Below, piece after piece: positions 61,473-64,000 of a stretch of DNA of 64,000 bases. This stretch comes from Sulfurospirillum sp. (lineage in GTDB: Bacteria > Campylobacterota > Campylobacteria > Campylobacterales > Sulfurospirillaceae). Under the pieces are notes generated by a model. It was not told where the DNA came from and searched no databases. It worked only from the letters and a program-made list of their open reading frames with translations. Location of the stretch: contig JASFYR010000009.1 in the NCBI GenBank assembly GCA_045047115.1, positions 64,001-128,000 on the forward strand, read 5' to 3'. The translations under genes and the position numbers were made by a program. The stretch's first letter is position 1. Every line of letters starts with the position of its first letter.

Positions 61473-62669
61473 TCATTTAGAAACACTATAAGCTAAATTT
61501 TCATCAAATTTAGTTTTGTTCTTTAAAAGTATAAATATTGTTTTTAAAAGTTTATTGGCAACGGCTATAACAGCTTGTTTGAATTTTTTACCTTCTTCTC
61601 TTTTTTTAGTGAAGTAAGCATTGAATTTTTCACAGGAACGGATCGTTCCAATTGCCATTTGCCAAATAGTACGACGAAGGTTGGCATTACCTCTTTTTGA
61701 GATTTTGCCTCTATAGTTAACTGAAGTACCACTCTGTCTAACAGATGGGTCAATTCCAATAAAAGCACAAAGTTGCTTTACAGATTTGAACTTATCAACA
61801 GAGGATACTTCAACCATAAAGTTTTTAGAAGTTACTGCACCAATGCCAGGTATTGATTGTAAAAGTTCAATATCATCATTAATATCAGTATCTTCTAAAG
61901 AGTTTCGCAGCTCTTCATCAAGTATAGATAGTTCATTTTGAATGGTGATTAATCTTCTTATTTTAGAAGTTAATACCTTTTCAAGATACTTATCAGATAC
62001 AGCAATAGAGTTCTTTGCAAGTGAGAGTATCTCATCTGCAGTGATTTTAACTTTATTGCCACTGGTACTATCTAGTAGTTTTTGAATTTTCTGCTTCTTC
62101 AAGTTCCTAACAGCCTTACGGCTAGGAGCTTGAAGAAGCAGATTTAAAATGCTTTTTGTAAATATGTTTGTGAACTTTGCCAATTCTGGAAACAGTTGAA
62201 CTAAGTTAGCTTTTATTTCAGTTTTAAGTCTGGCTATCTCTTTAGAAAGTGATTCTCGCTCTCTAATAAGAGGTCTGATGCTTTCAATTGCATCAGGTGT
62301 AGCTAGATGCAATGACTGATATGATTTTAAACTAAATAGAGCAATTGAAGTAGCATCTTTTTTATCATTTTTAGTCTTTCTAAGAGTGGTTGAACCAATA
62401 AAACTCTTTATGAGTATTGGATTTATAACCACACTTTTAAAACTATTTTCTAATAAAAAAGAGAGTAATGGTAAATGATATATACCAGTAGCTTCCATTG
62501 ACACTAAGAGCTTATCTTTGGAATAAGATGATAGATATTCTAATAGAGTATCAAATCCTTTTCTATCCATTGTAAGTTTCTCTTGTAGTTTAATTTCTCC
62601 ACTACCCTCAAGTAGTGTAATATCAAAGCTATCTTGACTAATATCTATTCCACAGAATTGTTTATACAT
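61473..62669 (-). CDS. IS110-family transposase/recombinase
   Basis: RuvC-like DEDD (GIDIS, MEATG, KNDKKDA), coiled coil, SIPGIG HhH, PSVRQSG catalytic Ser, ISKRGN, AVANKL; ATG at 62669 follows AAGGTG. Confidence 0.95.
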   Translation of the reverse strand: MYKQFCGIDISQDSFDITLLEGSGEIKLQEKLTMDRKGFDTLLEYLSSYSKDKLLVSMEATGIYHLPLLSFLLENSFKSVVINPILIKSFIGSTTLRKTKNDKKDATSIALFSLKSYQSLHLATPDAIESIRPLIRERESLSKEIARLKTEIKANLVQLFPELAKFTNIFTKSILNLLLQAPSRKAVRNLKKQKIQKLLDSTSGNKVKITADEILSLAKNSIAVSDKYLEKVLTSKIRRLITIQNELSILDEELRNSLEDTDINDDIELLQSIPGIGAVTSKNFMVEVSSVDKFKSVKQLCAFIGIDPSVRQSGTSVNYRGKISKRGNANLRRTIWQMAIGTIRSCEKFNAYFTKKREEGKKFKQAVIAVANKLLKTIFILLKNKTKFDENLAYSVSK

Positions 62670-62693
62670 CACAAACACCTTTACAAGTTATTT

Positions 62694-62881
62694 TTACATG
62701 TAAACAGATAAGCAATCTTGCTTTTATCCTATCTCCATAATGACAGAGGCTCGAAGCCTAATCAACCTATTGGGATTACGAGCAAGTGATAGACTCCTTG
62801 GAGATTTAATAAAACTTCATTAAAAGTTCTATCATTGATCTAAAAAAAATGTGATCATCTTGCTTATCTCTTTACATGTAA
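62694..62881 (-). ncRNA. Candidate IS110 bridge RNA
   Basis: 22-bp inverted repeat (one mismatch) enclosing a small hairpin and two stem-loops with internal loops carrying target-like and donor-like sequences; -10 TATAAT at 62881-62886 on the minus strand. Confidence 0.7.
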
Positions 62882-62910
62882 TTATACAAAATTTATTAGT
62901 AGGAGTTCAA

Positions 62911-64000
62911 ATGTCAATAGATATAAAAGATCTTGCAAAAAATAGTAAGAATTTGAAACTTCTTTATGTTGAAGATGATAAAAATGCTCGTGAAACCACT
63001 CTAAAACTACTTGATAATTTCTTTAACAATATAACAATAGCTATTGATGGAAAAGATGGTATAGAAAAATTCAAAAACAAAAAGTATGATTTGATTTTGA
63101 GTGATATTAATATGCCAAATATCAATGGTTTGGAAATGTTAAAAAATATTAGAAAATTGGATACAGAGGTATCTGTTTTGCTGCTTTCGGCACATAATGA
63201 CAGCGATTATTTTTTAGAAGCAATTGAACTGGATGTAGATGGCTATATTTTAAAGCCCTTGGTTTTCAAGCAATTTATAAAAGTTCTATTTAAAATAGTT
63301 CAAAAAATTAATCTTTTAGCTTTGAACGAAAACTATCAAAAACATCTCGAAAGTGAGGTAAAAAAAAGAAGTGCAGAATTAGAACACAAGTTGTATTTTG
63401 ATTCTCTTACAGATCTTTTGAGTCGATATTCATTTTTTAAAGATATCGAAAAATTGGATTTACCAGTGATTCTTTTGCTTAATATTGATAAATTCAAAGT
63501 GATAAATGAGGTTTACGGCATAGATGTCGGTTCAAAAGTTTTACAAAAGTTTGCAGATTTTTTAAAGTTGATTATTAAAGATAATTCGTGTAAGTTATAT
63601 CGCTTATCTGCAGATGAATTTGCAATTGTAGATACAACAAGACATATTGATACAGAAAAATACGAAGAGTTGATAAGAGATATCTTCAAAAAACTTCACT
63701 ATTTTAAAATGTCAATAGATAAAAATATTATTTCCATAGATATAACCATAGGTCTTTCAACGGTTGAAAAAAATGGCTATGAAAGTGCAAAAATAGCATT
63801 GGACTATGCTAAAAAACATAAAAAATCTTTTATGATGTACTCCAGTGCTATAGATTATCGTAAAGAAAACAGTGCAGCTTTAAAATATAGAGATAAAATT
63901 TCTCTTGCTATTGATGAAAACAGGATAGTTGCAGTATATCAGCCTATAGTTGATAAAAATATGCTGATTGTAAAATATGAAACATTGATGAGATTGAAAG
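62911..64000 (+). CDS. Response regulator with receiver, degenerate GGDEF and EAL domains (3' end outside the window)
   Basis: Translated by hand from ATG 62911: LLYVEDD, ILSDINMPNINGLEM, YILKP; DSLTDL, NIDKFKVINEVYG, YRLSADEF; YQPIV..YETLMRL. Confidence 0.9.
   Translation, partial: MSIDIKDLAKNSKNLKLLYVEDDKNARETTLKLLDNFFNNITIAIDGKDGIEKFKNKKYDLILSDINMPNINGLEMLKNIRKLDTEVSVLLLSAHNDSDYFLEAIELDVDGYILKPLVFKQFIKVLFKIVQKINLLALNENYQKHLESEVKKRSAELEHKLYFDSLTDLLSRYSFFKDIEKLDLPVILLLNIDKFKVINEVYGIDVGSKVLQKFADFLKLIIKDNSCKLYRLSADEFAIVDTTRHIDTEKYEELIRDIFKKLHYFKMSIDKNIISIDITIGLSTVEKNGYESAKIALDYAKKHKKSFMMYSSAIDYRKENSAALKYRDKISLAIDENRIVAVYQPIVDKNMLIVKYETLMRLK

Larger units (their letters stand above)
61431..62906 (-). 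mobile_element. IS110-family insertion sequence (~1.48 kb)
   Basis: Contains the IS110 recombinase gene; AGGAGT at both junctions (61425-61430 and 62901-62906); no terminal inverted repeats; long non-coding end upstream of the gene; end-joining creates TTGACT-N17-TATAAT. Confidence 0.85.

Noticed and set aside
62694..62881. The 22-bp inverted repeat as IS terminal inverted repeats or a separate MITE
   Set aside because: Both arms lie on the same side of the recombinase gene, inside the inferred element; they are better explained as the closing stem of the non-coding RNA.

Overview
AT-rich bacterial chromosomal segment. Gene content and order (flgS, sdhABE, flpA-trmB-ftsEX, pyrH-rpoZ-spoT-tyrS-fabX-amiA, rpiB-apt) indicate Campylobacterota, and a type IV sulfide:quinone oxidoreductase suggests a free-living sulfur-cycling member. 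Most of the window is housekeeping (rpsA end, serA, efp, dnaE, trkAH, rodA, aspS, pepA, ychF, trpB, two adenylate kinases, one tRNA-CAT). Three things stand out. (1) An apparently intact IS110-family element (~61431-62906, minus strand) whose ends can be read from the sequence: it is flanked by AGGAGT, joining its ends creates a TTGACT-N17-TATAAT promoter, and its upstream non-coding end folds like a bridge RNA whose loops match a Shine-Dalgarno target site. (2) A fluoride (crcB-class) riboswitch-like leader controlling a translationally coupled pair of truncated MutS-like ATPases. (3) A family of orientation-specific intergenic GCTTTAG repeats with covarying hairpins, including a MITE-like copy. 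Also notable: sqrD plus a small ORF next to a TolC/split-RND efflux operon with a Fur-box-like site, a DUF1538/P-II-like/CBS module, and an XRE-cupin regulator divergent from ald with three palindromic operators. All calls come from reading sequence and recalling family motifs; no database searches or folding programs were run.
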